Source of the DNA: an uncultured Elusimicrobium sp.
Lineage (GTDB): Bacteria; Elusimicrobiota; Elusimicrobia; Elusimicrobiales; Elusimicrobiaceae
NCBI GenBank assembly: GCA_964490555.1
Contig: CAZBCE010000003.1
Coordinates: 733 to 64,732 of the forward strand
Direction: 5' to 3'
Length of the DNA stretch: 64,000 bases
A program made the position numbers and the translations under genes. This document shows, piece after piece, positions 63,208 through 64,000 of this stretch (position 1 is its first letter; each line of letters starts with the position of its first letter). A model generated the notes under the pieces. That model did not search any database. It saw nothing but the letters and a program-made list of their open reading frames with translations, and was not told where the DNA came from.

Positions 63208-63729
63208 CTAAACCCCTGCGTGTTCGGGCACGCCTATAACACAACCGAACTGTCCAGAACTCCAAAGCTTTACAATATTTTCATGACCGCAAACTTTTTT
63301 GCAAATTTTCTGAGGCAAACTGTCCGTCAGGGAAGTATCTTGTGTCCAGCAATCCAGACCGCGGTTGATAGAACTTTTATCTAAAACTTTAGATATATAT
63401 ACGCCGTTTGACGTTGCGTATCCTACATAAATATTACGGTAATATACCAATGTAAGTCCTTTTTTTGCGGGAGTTTGTATATCCAAATATTCGTCAAGTA
63501 TCTGCGGGTTGCTTTGGCTGCCGTTAGCAACTGCGGGATAATCACCGTGCGATAGATAATAGCGTTCCAAAGCGTCATGCATTGCCGTTACCATAACAAC
63601 AGCCTGCGACGCCTGCGCCTTGCCAACCGCAAGCTGATACTGCGGCAAAGCTATGGAGGCTAAGATACCGATAATTAAAACAACAACCAGTAACTCTACA
63701 AGGGTAAAACCATATTTGGCTATTTTCAT
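63208..63729 (-). CDS. type IV pilin-like protein
   Basis: MKIAKYGFTLVELLVVVLIIGILASIALPQY. Confidence 0.8.
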   Translation of the reverse strand: MKIAKYGFTLVELLVVVLIIGILASIALPQYQLAVGKAQASQAVVMVTAMHDALERYYLSHGDYPAVANGSQSNPQILDEYLDIQTPAKKGLTLVYYRNIYVGYATSNGVYISKVLDKSSINRGLDCWTQDTSLTDSLPQKICKKVCGHENIVKLWSSGQFGCVIGVPEHAGV

Positions 63730-63751
63730 TAAATGCCTTTAAAAAAATATT

Positions 63752-64000
63752 TTAAAACCCTAAACTTGCGCAAACTTTATTGCCTATGTCGTTATAACCC
63801 GTGCAGGTAACGCGTCCGGGGGTTGCGGAGTGATTTAAATACATTTCGTACAGCACCACATAGCTGTCGCGCTTGCCGATGCCCGCGTGAACGCTGGCGC
63901 GGTTGTAGTCGGAAGGACCGTTGGGAAGGGAATCTAAATAAGTGCCGTTGTCAAAACTTACCCAGCCGCCCGCTATATTGGTATTACCATGGTTGGTGTA
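63752..64000 (-). CDS. partial CDS (C-terminal 82 codons) of an unknown protein, possibly another pilin-like protein
   Basis: Manual translation of the minus strand is open from 64000 to the TAA at 63754-63752 (...GRVTCTGYNDIGNKVCASLGF). The N-terminus lies outside the window. Confidence 0.45.
   Translation of the reverse strand, partial: YTNHGNTNIAGGWVSFDNGTYLDSLPNGPSDYNRASVHAGIGKRDSYVVLYEMYLNHSATPGRVTCTGYNDIGNKVCASLGF

Noticed and set aside
1-64000. Recognisable anti-phage defence, toxin-antitoxin, CRISPR-Cas, retron or secretion-system operon
   Set aside because: I found no nuclease/helicase/methylase/reverse-transcriptase/Cas-like ORFs, no small overlapping TA-like pairs and no repeat-spacer array. 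The unknown ORFs are mostly secreted or membrane proteins embedded in housekeeping arrays.

Overview
This 64 kb window looks like an ordinary, densely packed (about 90% coding) bacterial chromosome segment with a Gram-negative-type envelope. I found no convincing multi-gene novel system. I also saw no CRISPR array, integrase, transposase, prophage or recognisable defence operon.

Taxonomy: at least four type IV pilin-like genes carry the N-terminus K-G-F-T-L-[IVL]-E-L-L-V-V (a fifth, partial ORF at the window edge may be another). With the overall gene content, this suggests an Elusimicrobiota-like organism. That is inference only.

Gene content is mostly housekeeping, arranged in long co-directional arrays:
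- rnhB-yraN-PNP, then a flippase, a lipoprotein and a WecA/MraY-like transferase
- a fused nadD-yqeK, then a LytR_C protein, rsfS and argS
- a 1886-aa alpha-2-macroglobulin homolog, then plsY-gpsA
- IHF/HU, a MerR regulator and two tandem tRNA-Pro genes
- two tandem secreted S1 proteases
- hflX-miaA and miaB-PilZ
- pgi-rpiB-gmhA
- a complete eight-gene MoxR/DUF58/vWA 'Bat' operon
- guaC, then three pilin-like genes
- queF and an atypical P-type ATPase, then lspA-ileS
- a DtxR-like regulator, gdhA, RNase HI and RNase P RNA (rnpB)
- a histidine kinase with tsaC-rsmI
- a YfcC transporter, an SSS transporter and thiamine pyrophosphokinase

The observations most worth a second look are local:
1. 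A GC-rich segment just after the tRNA-Pro pair resembles the 5' half of tmRNA. It has no detectable 3' half and abuts a roughly 0.64 kb AT-rich islet with one orphan membrane ORF.
2. The alpha-2-macroglobulin homolog stands alone and has lost the thioester motif.
3. A predicted outer-membrane barrel protein carries a degenerate 5'-nucleotidase-like domain.
4. The P-type ATPase keeps DKTGT but lacks the TGES and CPC motifs.
5. An SSS transporter overlaps the thiamine pyrophosphokinase gene.
6. Several proteins carry lysine-rich low-complexity tails (RsfS, RNase HI and a 150-aa orphan).
7. A 415-bp intergenic region holds a long palindrome, an intrinsic terminator and a possible 25-codon ORF.
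8. The pilin-like paralogs carry a Cys-rich C-terminal domain.

All product calls come from motif recognition by eye. No database searches were run.
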